Shown here piece after piece: positions 46,093-57,198 of a stretch of 64,000 bases of DNA (position 1 is the first letter of the stretch; each line of letters begins with the position of its first letter). Below the pieces are notes generated by a model. That model was not told where the DNA came from. It saw only the letters and a program-made list of their open reading frames with translations, and did no database searches. The stretch lies in assembly GCA_015231405.1 (NCBI GenBank), contig JADGBR010000010.1, positions 14,489 through 78,488 on the forward strand. Reading direction: 5' to 3'. Position numbers and translations under genes: made by a program. This DNA is from Candidatus Omnitrophota bacterium. Lineage in GTDB: Bacteria; Omnitrophota; Gorgyraeia; Tantalellales; Tantalellaceae.

Positions 46093-47494
46093 TTTTTCCG
46101 CTCTTACTCCCCGTCCCTTTCACTCCGGAACCAGCCCGTATGTTTTCCAGTATCGGCTTACCGGATTCTCTTATATCCCCGGCTCCCGCTATCAGAACAA
46201 GATCCCCCTTCCTGCATATCCCGGAAACATATCCGGGAACATCCTCTTTATTCATGAACTCGACGGACTCGAAATGCTTCCTGTCTATCTTCCTGAATAT
46301 TTCCTCGGACCCTACCTTAAAAGAGTCTGATTCATCGGCAGAATAGATATCCGTAAGTATGAGTATATCTGCTCCCTTAAAACACCCGGCAAATTCATCT
46401 TTAAGGTCAATGGTCCTTGAATACCTATGGGGCTGAAAAACCACAATAAGCTTTCCATCCGGGGAAAAATCACGCGCGGCAGTAATTACCGCCCTAAGCT
46501 CCGTCGGATGGTGTGCGTAATCCTCGTACACTTTCACTCCCCTGGCTTCGCCGACGGGATAAAATCTCCTTTTCACGGTCCGGAAGCTAAGAACGGCCTC
46601 AACAACCTCCTCAAATGAAAGGCCCAGCTCCAGGCACATTCCCACGGCCGAAATGAGGTTCATCACATTATGCCTGCCGATAAGTGTCGACATAACGTCT
46701 CCCCTGATTTTGCCGTTGGCGCAAAACTTGAATTTTATCGACCTTGCGTGTTCGGCGTCCTTCGAATAATATCGCGAAGCCGATGTTTTAGCGAACGAGA
46801 ACGGGACCTTCCTGGACGGAGCGTCAGCGACAAGCTCTTTCAAAAGCTTGTCATCGGCGTTGTATAAGAGCACACCCTCACGGGGCATATTGCCGAAAAA
46901 TTTTCTGTATCCGAGTTTAAGGTTCTCCATGGACCCGTAATGTTCCATGTGCTCCCTTTCCACATTCGTCACGCAAACGTTCGTCGCTCTTATATCCCGG
47001 AAAAAACCGTCGCTCTCGTCAACTTCGGCGACTATCAGGTCATCGTCGCCTAAAAGCGCGTTCCCGCCTATGGATTCTATTTCGCCTCCCACCAGCACCG
47101 TAGGTTGACGTTCGCACTTCCAGAGTATATGCGCGATAAGAGCGCTCGTCGTGGTTTTCCCGTGCGTTCCGGTCACGCCCACCGATATCTTCGCCAGTGA
47201 CATAACCCGCCTTAACAATTCCGACCTCGATATGATCTCAAGGCTCATTTCTTCAGCTTTGATCATTTCCGGGTTATCGTTCGGTATGCTGGTCGATCTG
47301 ACCACTATACGGGCGTCGCCTGGTATATTTAAAGGAGAATGCCCCTTTTTAATGACAGCGCCTTTTCTGGCGAGATGTTCGGTGAGATTATTACTTCTCA
47401 GGTCCGACCCGGAAATACGGTTCCCCTTAGCCAGAAGCACATGCGCCAGAGCGCTCATCCCTATCCCGCCTATTCCGATAAAATGATAATTCAT
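46085..47494 (-). CDS. murC: UDP-N-acetylmuramate--L-alanine ligase
   Basis: 469 aa Mur ligase (GTHGKTTTSAL). Confidence 0.9.
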   Translation of the reverse strand: MNYHFIGIGGIGMSALAHVLLAKGNRISGSDLRSNNLTEHLARKGAVIKKGHSPLNIPGDARIVVRSTSIPNDNPEMIKAEEMSLEIISRSELLRRVMSLAKISVGVTGTHGKTTTSALIAHILWKCERQPTVLVGGEIESIGGNALLGDDDLIVAEVDESDGFFRDIRATNVCVTNVEREHMEHYGSMENLKLGYRKFFGNMPREGVLLYNADDKLLKELVADAPSRKVPFSFAKTSASRYYSKDAEHARSIKFKFCANGKIRGDVMSTLIGRHNVMNLISAVGMCLELGLSFEEVVEAVLSFRTVKRRFYPVGEARGVKVYEDYAHHPTELRAVITAARDFSPDGKLIVVFQPHRYSRTIDLKDEFAGCFKGADILILTDIYSADESDSFKVGSEEIFRKIDRKHFESVEFMNKEDVPGYVSGICRKGDLVLIAGAGDIRESGKPILENIRAGSGVKGTGSKSGKNE

Positions 47495-47531
47495 GTCACC
47501 CCGTTGTTTGTCATATGCTCTCGCACCTTCG

Positions 47532-48629
47532 CTACATTTCGCTCAGAACCAAATCAGCTAACAGACGACCCGCCTCAGGCCTGGCGAGCGAGCCGGCGGC
47601 GGCGCTCATTTTTGCGTAAACTTCACTGCTCTTAAGTATCCTCAATACTTCTTCCGCCAGAAGTCCCGGAGTAAGGTCATTTTCTTCGATCCGGATAGCT
47701 GCTCCGGCTTTAGCGAAATATGCCGCGTTAGTCCTCTGGTTATTATCCCTGGAGGGATACGGAACGAGTATCATGGGCTTCCTGTGATAAGCCAGTTCGA
47801 ACACCGCCGCGGATCCTGACCTGGAGATAGCTATATCCGCAGCCGAATAGGCCGCGTCCATCCTCTCAAGAAAAGAGAAAACGGCCGCGTTAATACCGTT
47901 ATCCCTGTAAAAATCTTTTATCGCCGCATGATCCTTAGCTCCTGTCAAATGTATGAATTCGATATCCAGCGACCTGTCTTCTTTTAGCAGACTAGCCGCT
48001 ATCGACGCCACCCGGTTTAGCGATGAAGAACCCTGGCTCCCTCCCATGACGAGCACTTTTTTTGAGCTCCCGGAGAGTTCCAGGTACTCCATGGCCCCCT
48101 CGCCTATATCCGTCAGATTACAGGACCTTATGGGATTCCCCGTCAATACTACCCTGCCGCGAGAACTACAAGGAAAGAATTGTCCGCTTTCCGGAAAACT
48201 CACCGCTATTTTTCGGGCTATGTTCGACAATATCATGATAGCCCTCCCCGGGGCATGGTTCTGCTCGTGTATCACAAGCGGGATATTAAAGGCTTTCGCG
48301 CAAAGGGAGATCGCTCCCGAAGAATAACCTCCGAAAGCGACTACACGACCGGGTCTTATCCATACCAGAATAGCCGCCGAAAGGAAAGCGTCGGAGACGA
48401 TCTTAAAGGCGAACACCACCCATTTCAGGATATCCTTTCTAAAAGGCATGGGGTTCGCGGAAAGATAAAATGATCTGTATCTAGAGGCGCCTAAAATATT
48501 CCGGTCAAGCTTCCTGTCGCTCGCTACGAAATATATTTCTTTCACGCCTTTTTTTTCAAGTTCCTCGGCGACAGCCGTCGCCGGAAAAATATGTCCACCG
48601 CTCCCGCCAGCGGCGATGATAACCCTCAT
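47532..48629 (-). CDS. murG: undecaprenyldiphospho-muramoylpentapeptide beta-N-acetylglucosaminyltransferase
   Basis: 365 aa GT28 enzyme (GGSGGHIFPA). Confidence 0.9.
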   Translation of the reverse strand: MRVIIAAGGSGGHIFPATAVAEELEKKGVKEIYFVASDRKLDRNILGASRYRSFYLSANPMPFRKDILKWVVFAFKIVSDAFLSAAILVWIRPGRVVAFGGYSSGAISLCAKAFNIPLVIHEQNHAPGRAIMILSNIARKIAVSFPESGQFFPCSSRGRVVLTGNPIRSCNLTDIGEGAMEYLELSGSSKKVLVMGGSQGSSSLNRVASIAASLLKEDRSLDIEFIHLTGAKDHAAIKDFYRDNGINAAVFSFLERMDAAYSAADIAISRSGSAAVFELAYHRKPMILVPYPSRDNNQRTNAAYFAKAGAAIRIEENDLTPGLLAEEVLRILKSSEVYAKMSAAAGSLARPEAGRLLADLVLSEM

Positions 48630-48632
48630 CCT

Positions 48633-49727
48633 TTAATCCGACTCCTCTATATGCCTTGCCATATTCAATATCACCCCTATCGCGGCCAGGTGGACGAGAA
48701 GGGAGCTCCCCCCGTAGCTGATGAACGGGAGCGGGAGGCCTTTAGTCGGGAGCGCTCCGACCGAAACCCCGATGTTGACGATCGACTCAAAAGCGATCAT
48801 TACCCCTATACCAAAAACTACCCTCGACATGAAAACATCCTTCAGTTTAAAAGATATCCTCATCGTAAAGAATACGATCAGAAAGAAGAGCGACAAAACG
48901 GCTATCGCTCCTAAGAACCCCATTTCCTCTCCTATGATCGAATAGATAAAATCGGTATATGATTGCGGCAGATAGAACAGCTTTTGTTTAGAACTGCCCA
49001 GCCCGACGCCGAATATCCCGCCAGAACCCAACGCTATGAACGATTGGATCAATTGAAATCCGGCGCCTTTAGGATCGTTCCATGGCTCGAAAAAGACCAT
49101 CACCCTTCTCAGCCTGTACGGGGCGCTCACTATCGCGAGAAGCAGAAGCGGCATGGCGGACAGAACGATAACGAAAAGATGTTTCAACTTTATCCCTGAG
49201 GCGAACAACATCACCAGCCCGATAACCCCGATCGAAACTGCGGTCCCAAGGTCAGGTTCAAGAAGGACAAGGAGCGACATTAACGAAATGACAGCCACAG
49301 ACGGGACAAATCCGGTAAAGAGGTGATGCATCTTATATCTATTACGGCCGGTAAAATCAGCCAGATAAAAAATAACGGCGAGCTTCGCTATTTCCGACGG
49401 CTGAAGCCCGAACCCTCCTATCCTTATCCATCTTCTGGCTCCGCCGGCGAGTGTGCCAAATCCCGGAAGTGCCACTAGAATGAGCATAGCCAGCGACAGC
49501 AGAAAGAACCACCTGACATTGCCCCTCATCTTCTCAGCCGACATCGACATGCAGAATATCGCCGCTATCATGCCGATGAAGATAAAAATAAGATGCCTTT
49601 TTACAAAATAGAGGCTGTCGCCCAGGGTCTCATATGAATAAACAGCGCTGGACGAATAGATCATGACGATCCCTATCATCATAAGGATGGATACGGATAG
49701 CAAAACTATTTTCGCGTTTATATTCAT
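48633..49727 (-). CDS. ftsW: SEDS-family lipid II flippase / peptidoglycan polymerase FtsW
   Basis: 364 aa polytopic protein, assigned by its position between murD and murG. Confidence 0.85.
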   Translation of the reverse strand: MNINAKIVLLSVSILMMIGIVMIYSSSAVYSYETLGDSLYFVKRHLIFIFIGMIAAIFCMSMSAEKMRGNVRWFFLLSLAMLILVALPGFGTLAGGARRWIRIGGFGLQPSEIAKLAVIFYLADFTGRNRYKMHHLFTGFVPSVAVISLMSLLVLLEPDLGTAVSIGVIGLVMLFASGIKLKHLFVIVLSAMPLLLLAIVSAPYRLRRVMVFFEPWNDPKGAGFQLIQSFIALGSGGIFGVGLGSSKQKLFYLPQSYTDFIYSIIGEEMGFLGAIAVLSLFFLIVFFTMRISFKLKDVFMSRVVFGIGVMIAFESIVNIGVSVGALPTKGLPLPFISYGGSSLLVHLAAIGVILNMARHIEESD

Positions 49728-49749
49728 TTATTTTATGACAGATGAAAGA

Positions 49750-51099
49750 TCAGTTTTTAGCGCCGTAAAGAGAAAGAACTTCCCGCCTGAATACGTCCCC
49801 TCTTTCCTTGTAACCTGAAAACATGTCAAAACTGGAGCACATGGGTGAAAGAAGCACTATCTCGTCCTGCCGGGCGTTCTCCGACGCCGCTTTGACCGCT
49901 TCGGCCATATTTCCGCAGGCGATAACATTGACGAAAGGGCCAAAAGCATCGCGTATCTTTTCCTTCGCCTCACCTATGACGACGATAAGCTTGACATGTT
50001 CTTTTACCGAACTAAGTATCTGCCTGTAATCCCCTCCCTTATCCCTGCCCCCGGCGATAAGTACTACTGGTCTCAAAAGCGAATCCAGGGCCACCCTGGT
50101 AGCATCAATATTCGTCGCCTTGGAATCGTCGATGTACTGGATCCCGCTGAACGACCCTATGGTCTCAAAGCGGTGGTCAAGTGTCTTAAAAGTCTTAATT
50201 GCCGAAAAAATCTCTTTATCGGCCAGACCCATCAACCGTGACGCGGCTATGGAACAGATCATATTGTCGATGTTATGTTTGCCCTTAAGAGGGATATCCC
50301 CGGAGTTCAGGACCTCATGATCGGGATCGGGCTTATTCACGATATTTGCGGCCGGTCTTTTGTCTTCTGCCGCGCGGCTGTGTCCGTAAAAAATGACATT
50401 ACTTTTCAGGTCTTTTACCAGCGGATCTCCCTCCAGGTCGGTATGTATTATCGCCCAGTCGCTGGAGTCCTGGTTCATGAATATCTTGAATTTCTCTTTT
50501 TTATATTCTTCCAGACCGGCGTGCCTGTCATAATGGTCGTCGGTGACATTAAGCAGAAGGGCGATCTTTGGACGGAACCTGTCGATCGTCTCCAACTGAA
50601 AAGAGCTCACCTCTATCACGGCGACGCTGTTCGCGGTCATGGACCCTACGACCCTGGTAAAAGGGATGCCGATATTGCCGCACACGAACGCGTCCACGGC
50701 AGAACTCTTAAGGATATGCCCTATAAGCTCAACGGTAGTACTTTTTCCGTTTGTCCCGGTCACGGCTATTATCGGACTTTCGCAAAAGATGTAACCAAGT
50801 TCTATCTCTCCGATGATCTTCGCTCCCGGAGGTATAAGATCTTTCATCTGCTCGGTGCGGAGGTCCACCCCGGGCGAAGGGATAACGATCTCGGCCCCCT
50901 CGAAGAATTCTTTTGTATGTTTTCCGGACTCGGCGAATATCCCTTTGGCCGAAAGCTCGCGGGTAATAGCCGAAAATCTGTCTGCGGCTGCGGCCTCCGA
51001 CACATATACCCTGGCGCCTTTACTTTTCAAAAGCTCGGCAGATGAGATCCCGCTGACTCCCATGCCTATTACGATCGCTTTTTTGTTCTTGAGATCCAT
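49750..51099 (-). CDS. murD: UDP-N-acetylmuramoylalanine--D-glutamate ligase
   Basis: 449 aa Mur ligase (GTNGKSTT). Confidence 0.9.
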   Translation of the reverse strand: MDLKNKKAIVIGMGVSGISSAELLKSKGARVYVSEAAAADRFSAITRELSAKGIFAESGKHTKEFFEGAEIVIPSPGVDLRTEQMKDLIPPGAKIIGEIELGYIFCESPIIAVTGTNGKSTTVELIGHILKSSAVDAFVCGNIGIPFTRVVGSMTANSVAVIEVSSFQLETIDRFRPKIALLLNVTDDHYDRHAGLEEYKKEKFKIFMNQDSSDWAIIHTDLEGDPLVKDLKSNVIFYGHSRAAEDKRPAANIVNKPDPDHEVLNSGDIPLKGKHNIDNMICSIAASRLMGLADKEIFSAIKTFKTLDHRFETIGSFSGIQYIDDSKATNIDATRVALDSLLRPVVLIAGGRDKGGDYRQILSSVKEHVKLIVVIGEAKEKIRDAFGPFVNVIACGNMAEAVKAASENARQDEIVLLSPMCSSFDMFSGYKERGDVFRREVLSLYGAKN

Positions 51100-51147
51100 T
51101 TAAGCCATCCTTGTTCTCATAAATGAACACATGTGCCGCATAGCGCG

Positions 51148-52236
51148 TTACTGAGCTTTGATCGCCGCCAAAGCCAAAAGCGCCAGTATCGCCGATATGA
51201 TCCAAAACCTTATCGTTATCTTCGACTCTGGCCATCCTTTAAGCTGAAAATGGTGGTGTATGGGAGCCATCAGAAATATCCTCTTCCCTCGCAACTTAAA
51301 AGACGCCACCTGCAGAATCACAGAAAGCGATTCTACCACAAAAATACCCCCGACCAGGAGCAGAAGGAACTCCTTTTTAAGGAACACGCTGATTATCGCT
51401 ATGGTCCCCCCCAGGGACAAAGAACCCGTATCCCCCATGAAGACCGATGCGGGATGGCTATTGAACCAGAGGAACCCCAGGCCCGCTCCGACCATAGCTC
51501 CGCAGAAAGGGGTCAGCTCTCCGGCCCCGGGAAGATAAAAGACATTGAGGTACCCGCTCACAACCGCGTTCCCGGCAATATAGCTCATCAGGGCGTATGT
51601 GAGAGACACGAAGATCATGCAGCCTATAGCAAGCCCGTCCAACCCGTCAGTAAGGTTGACCGCGTTCGACGCACCAACTATAACAAGCCATGCGAAGACA
51701 ATATACAAGATCCCAAGATTGGCCACTGAGTTCTTAATGAACGGAAGATAGAGCTCGGTCCCCATATGTTTATCCGAGACAACATATAACCCTATGATAA
51801 GCGCGACCACGGTCTGGCCAACTATTTTAGTCATCGACCTGATCCCCTTAGCGCTTTTATTACGTATTTTTGTCAAATCGTCCATGAAACCTATCATTCC
51901 AAGCCATAACATCCCGAACAAAAGTAGCAGGACCAGCGCGTTATCAAGCCGGCACCAGAGGATCGCCGAAACGCATACAGAAAAAATTATTATCGCCCCG
52001 CCCATCGTAGGCGTCCCCTTTTTCGTTGTCAGGAAATCATCAAGTTTCTCGACATGCTGGTTCCTGACATATTGCCCTAGCTTTAAGGTCTTAAGCCATT
52101 CGATCATTATCGGGCCTAACCAGATACATAGAACAAAAGAAGTAACCGTAGCCATGCTGGCCCTGAAAGTCAGGTATTTAAAAACGTTGAACCCGAACCA
52201 AAGATCCCTTAGCGGATATAAGAGGAAGAAAAGCAC
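51148..52236 (-). CDS. mraY: phospho-N-acetylmuramoyl-pentapeptide transferase
   Basis: 362 aa. The N-terminus GFNVFKYLTFR matches E. coli MraY. Confidence 0.9.
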   Translation of the reverse strand: MLFFLLYPLRDLWFGFNVFKYLTFRASMATVTSFVLCIWLGPIMIEWLKTLKLGQYVRNQHVEKLDDFLTTKKGTPTMGGAIIIFSVCVSAILWCRLDNALVLLLLFGMLWLGMIGFMDDLTKIRNKSAKGIRSMTKIVGQTVVALIIGLYVVSDKHMGTELYLPFIKNSVANLGILYIVFAWLVIVGASNAVNLTDGLDGLAIGCMIFVSLTYALMSYIAGNAVVSGYLNVFYLPGAGELTPFCGAMVGAGLGFLWFNSHPASVFMGDTGSLSLGGTIAIISVFLKKEFLLLLVGGIFVVESLSVILQVASFKLRGKRIFLMAPIHHHFQLKGWPESKITIRFWIISAILALLALAAIKAQ

Positions 52237-53582
52237 TTGAGTATCTCCTCCATTTTAGTTTTTCTTGAGCCTTTTATAAGAACTGTATCGCCTTCCGCCG
52301 CCACTTCGGACAATATCCTGGACGCGCCTTCGGCGTCGGAAGCTCCGTAAATGTAACGAGGATCGAAACCGTTATCTATCGCTCCGGACGCTATGGATGA
52401 AGCCCCGGCCCCGACCGTTATGAGACGGTCTATCCCGAGCCCGGCTATTTTCCTGCCGATCTCTATATGTAACTGCTCGCTCAATTTGCCCAGTTCCATC
52501 ATCTCACCGGATACAACTATCTTCTTCCCGAACTCACCCAATGAGGAAAGAACGCCGAGCGCCGCTTCGAAAGAGGAGGGGTTGGAATTATACGAGTCGT
52601 TGATGAAATCTATCCCGTGAGCTTTCACTTTTTCCAGTCTCATTTTCGGAAGGGCCGCCGACATAAGTTGTTTACCGATAAGTCCGGGGTCGACCCCAAG
52701 ATAGGACGCTACCGATACCGCCGCTGCGGCGTTATGTACGTTATGCGCGCCCGGGACCGGTATAAAATACGCGTTGCCGTTAAGCCTGAACGATGATCCG
52801 TTCGTCTCGCACTTTATATCCGTGACCCTGTAATCACACTCCCTGCGTTCGCCATAGAACAGTACCTTAACGTCGTCCCTGTTCACGCGCCGAAGATAAT
52901 TATCGTCGCCGTTGAAAAAGGCCGCTCCGCCTTCGCCCAAACCTGAGAGAATATCGGATTTTTCCCTGAACACGCCGTCCCTGTCCCCCAGGAACTCAAG
53001 ATGGCTGTCCCCGATATTCGTGATAACGGCGAGACGAGGTCTGACCAACCCGGCGAGGTCACGGATCTCTCCGGGATGGTTCGTTCCTAATTCCATGACG
53101 GCTATCTCGTGGTCGCTTTGGGCATTGAAAAGCGTCAGGGATACACCAAGAACATTGTTATATGAAGCCTGGCTTTTAAGCGTTTTAAACTTAGCGGAAA
53201 TGATAAGGGCGATAAGTTCTTTTACCGTTGTCTTACCGTTAGACCCTGTAACGCCGATAAAAGGGATATCCAGTTTTCCGCGTATATCTTCCGCGACACG
53301 TCGTATCGCCCCGGAGGATCCTTTTACCGTTATAAGGGCTGCCTTCCCGTTCGCCTCCGAACCGATAAAAGTCTCAGCGATAACGCCCAAGGCTCCCTTG
53401 GCGAGCACCTCGCCGATAAAATCATGCCCATCGTGATTATCGCCTTTTAAAGCGATAAATACATCGCCTTTTTTTATAGTGCGGGAATCAATACTTAAAT
53501 CCCCTATCCGGGCGGAGGTATCTCCCGAGATCACCGTTCCCAGAGCCGCCTCGGCCAGGTCTTTCAACGTGTAGTTGATCAT
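52209..53582 (-). CDS. murF: UDP-N-acetylmuramoyl-tripeptide--D-alanyl-D-alanine ligase
   Basis: 457 aa Mur ligase (GVTGSNGKTT). Confidence 0.85.
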   Translation of the reverse strand: MINYTLKDLAEAALGTVISGDTSARIGDLSIDSRTIKKGDVFIALKGDNHDGHDFIGEVLAKGALGVIAETFIGSEANGKAALITVKGSSGAIRRVAEDIRGKLDIPFIGVTGSNGKTTVKELIALIISAKFKTLKSQASYNNVLGVSLTLFNAQSDHEIAVMELGTNHPGEIRDLAGLVRPRLAVITNIGDSHLEFLGDRDGVFREKSDILSGLGEGGAAFFNGDDNYLRRVNRDDVKVLFYGERRECDYRVTDIKCETNGSSFRLNGNAYFIPVPGAHNVHNAAAAVSVASYLGVDPGLIGKQLMSAALPKMRLEKVKAHGIDFINDSYNSNPSSFEAALGVLSSLGEFGKKIVVSGEMMELGKLSEQLHIEIGRKIAGLGIDRLITVGAGASSIASGAIDNGFDPRYIYGASDAEGASRILSEVAAEGDTVLIKGSRKTKMEEILKCFSSSYIR

Positions 53583-53597
53583 TAAATATTCTTTATC

Positions 53598-55034
53598 TTA
53601 ATTTTGTAAAAGCCGGTTCACTGTTTCTATGTCACTAAAGTCAAATTTCGTATCGCCTATTATCTGGTAGTCCTCGTGACCCTTACCGGCAATAATAATA
53701 ACATCTCCGGGCGCCGCCGTCCTGACCGCATGGGCTATGGCTTCCTCTCTAGGACGTATTATACAATAGTTATCTTTTCCGCATATACCTTTTTCTATGT
53801 CTTTTACAATATCATCGGACTTTTCTCTTCTGGGGTTATCGTCCGTAACGATAACCCTGTCAGCGATGTCTGTGGCAATTTTGCCCATTACGGGCCGCTT
53901 TTCCTTATCTCGGTTGCCTCCGCACCCGAAAACACATATAAGTTGACCTGATGCGAAACCCTTTAAACATTCCAGCACATTAAGCAGCGCGTTGGGAGTA
54001 TGCGCGTAATCCACGTAAACGTCAAAATCCTTTCCGGAACGTATCTTTTCGAGCCGGCCCGGAACTTTTATCCCGCTTTCCAGCCCTTTCTTAATGACCA
54101 AAGGCGGTATCCCGGAATAAAGAAGAGCCGACGCGGCAGACAACGAGTTATAAACATTATGCCTGCCTACAAGATCCGTTCTGATATCAATTTCCCCGAA
54201 ATCCCTGGACGATATCAGGAATTCACTCCCGTCCCGGCTCAATTTAATATCTCTGGCGGTCACATCGGCTTCATTCTCGATGCTGAACGTTACTAGCCCT
54301 TTTATTCTCTTATCCTGTTTGAGAGTAGCTATCATCGCGTCATCGATATTAATGGCGGTATGCCCTCCGTCAGCCACAAGCTCGAATATCTTTGATTTCG
54401 ATTTCAGGTATTCCTTCATATTGTGGTGATAGTCAAGATGTTCAGGCGTGATATTCGTGAATACTGCCGAACGTACCGATATCCCGGAAGCCCTCCCCTG
54501 CTCCAGAGCGTGGCTTGAAAGCTCCATGGCTGTGTACTTACAGCCATTCGCCGATATCTCCTGGAGATACCGGTTAAGCTCGTCTCCACCGGGAGTGGTC
54601 AGCGCGGATGGAGAGATCTTTCCTTTACCGGTTATATTGCAAACGGTCCCGAGAAGCCCGCAATCGATCCCGGATCTCCTGAGGATATCGTAGATCATGA
54701 AGACCGTAGTTGTCTTGCCGTTGGTGCCCGTTATGCCGAATATAGACAGGGACGACGCCCTTTTCTCGAATATCCTTTTGTTGACGTAAGTGAACGCTTG
54801 CTGCGCATTATCGACCTCGATGATCCGCTCTTGGGCTGTAACTCCACCCGGGCCCCGTTCCGCGATAACGCGTTCCGCACCCGCCTTAATAGCGTCGTCG
54901 ACGAAGAGCCTGCCGTCTATGGCGGTCCCCTTCAGGGCAATAAAGATATCCCCTTTGTTAACCCCTCGCGAATCAATCTTTATCCTATTGGCGTCGTAAG
55001 AAACCTTTTCCAGCAATTCATCGATATTTTTCAT
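53598..55034 (-). CDS. murE: UDP-N-acetylmuramoyl-L-alanyl-D-glutamate--2,6-diaminopimelate ligase
   Basis: 478 aa Mur ligase (GITGTNGKTTT). Confidence 0.9.
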   Translation of the reverse strand: MKNIDELLEKVSYDANRIKIDSRGVNKGDIFIALKGTAIDGRLFVDDAIKAGAERVIAERGPGGVTAQERIIEVDNAQQAFTYVNKRIFEKRASSLSIFGITGTNGKTTTVFMIYDILRRSGIDCGLLGTVCNITGKGKISPSALTTPGGDELNRYLQEISANGCKYTAMELSSHALEQGRASGISVRSAVFTNITPEHLDYHHNMKEYLKSKSKIFELVADGGHTAINIDDAMIATLKQDKRIKGLVTFSIENEADVTARDIKLSRDGSEFLISSRDFGEIDIRTDLVGRHNVYNSLSAASALLYSGIPPLVIKKGLESGIKVPGRLEKIRSGKDFDVYVDYAHTPNALLNVLECLKGFASGQLICVFGCGGNRDKEKRPVMGKIATDIADRVIVTDDNPRREKSDDIVKDIEKGICGKDNYCIIRPREEAIAHAVRTAAPGDVIIIAGKGHEDYQIIGDTKFDFSDIETVNRLLQN

Positions 55035-55037
55035 GGT

Positions 55038-56714
55038 CTATTTCTTTTTCTGCTTATTGTTTTCAAGATACTGTACTATCTTCTCAGTAATGTTCTTAAA
55101 TGTCGGGCCGGCCACGGTCCCGCCATAATGCAGCGGATGCGCGTCTTCAGCCGTAACTACCATACAGATGCTGGGATCGTCCTTCGGCGCGAACCCAACA
55201 AAAGTCGACTGGTATCGGTCGCTGTAATATCCACCCGCGGGGTTGACCCTCTGCGCTGTCCCGGTCTTCCCGCAGATGGAAACTATTTTAGAGCTCGCGG
55301 TCTTACCCGTCCCTTCCAGGACAACTTTTTCAAGGAAATCCTTTATCACAAGAGCGGTGCTTTCCTTAAGGACCCTCCGCTTAATTTCCGGAGCGAACTC
55401 CTCCACCACTTCTCCGTCCATAGTCGTTATTTTTTCGACGATGTACGGCTTTACCAGCATGCCGCCGTTAGCTATGACGGCCGTCGCCGCCAGGAGCTGC
55501 ATCGAAGTTACAGCGATCCCCTGTCCGATCGGCACCGTGGTGATATCGCTTTTCGACCAAACTGACGGCGCCCTGACAAGCCCGGGGATCTCACCGGGGA
55601 GATCGATCCCTGTCACCTCGCCGAACCCGAATTTCTTTATGTATTCGAAAAGTATTTTAGGGCCGACCTTTATTGCGGATTTGACCGTTCCGATGTTGCT
55701 GGACTTGGCGATCACCTCCGAATATTGCATATTCCCGTAAGGATGGACGTCGTGCAGTATCCTGCCGCAAATATTGTAGTTACCGTTCTCGCAATTGAAC
55801 ACGTCGGTAGGTTTGACTATATCGGTATCAATGGCGGCGCTGGCTGTTACAATCTTGAAAGCGCTTCCCGGCTCGTACACGCTCGCGACCGATATGTTCT
55901 TTCTGTTTTCGCTCGGCGACTCAGGGTATTTGTTCAGATCGCAGTTGGGGTAATTGGCAAGCGCCAGCATTTTACCTGTCGACGGTTCCATAACGGCGAT
56001 GGTTGCGCTCGAGCAGTTGAATTTCTCGACCATTTTAAGGATCTCTTCTTCGACGATATACTGCACCACGCTGTCAACCGTCAAAACAAGGTTCTCCCCG
56101 TTCTCCGCGCGCATCGAAGCCTTATCGTCGAAAAGGACCGGCTTCAGTCTCGCGTCCCTCATGAAATGCCTGTACCCAGGCGCCCCTTTCAGCTTTTGGT
56201 CATAAATAAGCTCAAGTCCTTCGAGCCCGTTGTTGTCTATGCCCGAATACCCGATCATATGCGAAGCGAACGTGTCGTTAGGATATATACGCTTGCTCTC
56301 CGTGACAAAGAACACTCCTTTCAATTTTATTTTCTTGGCTTCATCTATTTCCTGGTGGTCGATCTTCCGTTTTATCCATACGAAGCCTTTGCCGGAGGAG
56401 AGCCTTTTAAAGATCACATCCCTGTCAAGTCCGAGCTTATCAGCCAGGGCGTCAGAGGTCGAGGCTGGATCGTCGACCATCCTCGGGTCGGCGTAAATAG
56501 AGATCGTATCAAGGTTCACCGCCAACGGCTCCATGAACCGGTCATAGATCGCCCCCCTCACCGGATCGATCTTGATTATCTTGTTATGCTGCTCCAGGGC
56601 CATTGTGCTGTACTTCTCAAAATTCATCACCTGAAGAAAGAACAGACGGCCGGAAAGCACAAGATAGGCAAAAGCAAAAAGCAAAAAAACTATGTATGAT
56701 CTGGCCCTGAACAT
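55038..56714 (-). CDS. ftsI: penicillin-binding protein 3 (divisome transpeptidase FtsI)
   Basis: 558 aa with a TM helix, a PBP dimerisation domain and a transpeptidase domain, in the dcw position. Confidence 0.85.
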   Translation of the reverse strand: MFRARSYIVFLLFAFAYLVLSGRLFFLQVMNFEKYSTMALEQHNKIIKIDPVRGAIYDRFMEPLAVNLDTISIYADPRMVDDPASTSDALADKLGLDRDVIFKRLSSGKGFVWIKRKIDHQEIDEAKKIKLKGVFFVTESKRIYPNDTFASHMIGYSGIDNNGLEGLELIYDQKLKGAPGYRHFMRDARLKPVLFDDKASMRAENGENLVLTVDSVVQYIVEEEILKMVEKFNCSSATIAVMEPSTGKMLALANYPNCDLNKYPESPSENRKNISVASVYEPGSAFKIVTASAAIDTDIVKPTDVFNCENGNYNICGRILHDVHPYGNMQYSEVIAKSSNIGTVKSAIKVGPKILFEYIKKFGFGEVTGIDLPGEIPGLVRAPSVWSKSDITTVPIGQGIAVTSMQLLAATAVIANGGMLVKPYIVEKITTMDGEVVEEFAPEIKRRVLKESTALVIKDFLEKVVLEGTGKTASSKIVSICGKTGTAQRVNPAGGYYSDRYQSTFVGFAPKDDPSICMVVTAEDAHPLHYGGTVAGPTFKNITEKIVQYLENNKQKKK

Positions 56715-56832
56715 TTAGCTCCAAAAACACAATTATTTTCAAAAGACTAAGTTTTTATATTGTACCAGATTACCTATTGGTTTTGAAAGGCAGTTTTAAT
56801 GAATTATGGCGCGGCTCTTTCAGGCCCGGAGT

Positions 56833-57198
56833 TCATTTATTTGTCCTGGCTTCGGCAGAAACGGTAAAAAGGTCCATGACCCTCCCCATCAGCCCATCGG
56901 ACTCATAATTCCTGTTATTCCTTGCGCGCGAAAGCTGGTAGGTGTCATCCTTCTCTTCCCGTTGTCCCGAGAACTTGATCGTATTCATATCGATCGTGGA
57001 CAATAGGTTCTTTGGAGATTCGAGCCGTGACAGTGAGTACACAAGTTTTGAGTTCTCGTCTGCCAGGCAGGCTAAATACCTTTTGTTCTCCTGCAGCGCA
57101 TAGCCCGCTTTAATTATTTCTATCCTTTGGTGTACATATCCCACCGCAAGGAGCGTCACAACAAAGAACATCAGTACAGGTCTGCCTATTGATGTCAT
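56833..57198 (-). CDS. ftsL: cell division protein FtsL-like
   Basis: 121 aa with one TM helix and a coiled coil. It lies between rsmH and ftsI and overlaps rsmH as ATGA. Confidence 0.55.
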   Translation of the reverse strand: MTSIGRPVLMFFVVTLLAVGYVHQRIEIIKAGYALQENKRYLACLADENSKLVYSLSRLESPKNLLSTIDMNTIKFSGQREEKDDTYQLSRARNNRNYESDGLMGRVMDLFTVSAEARTNK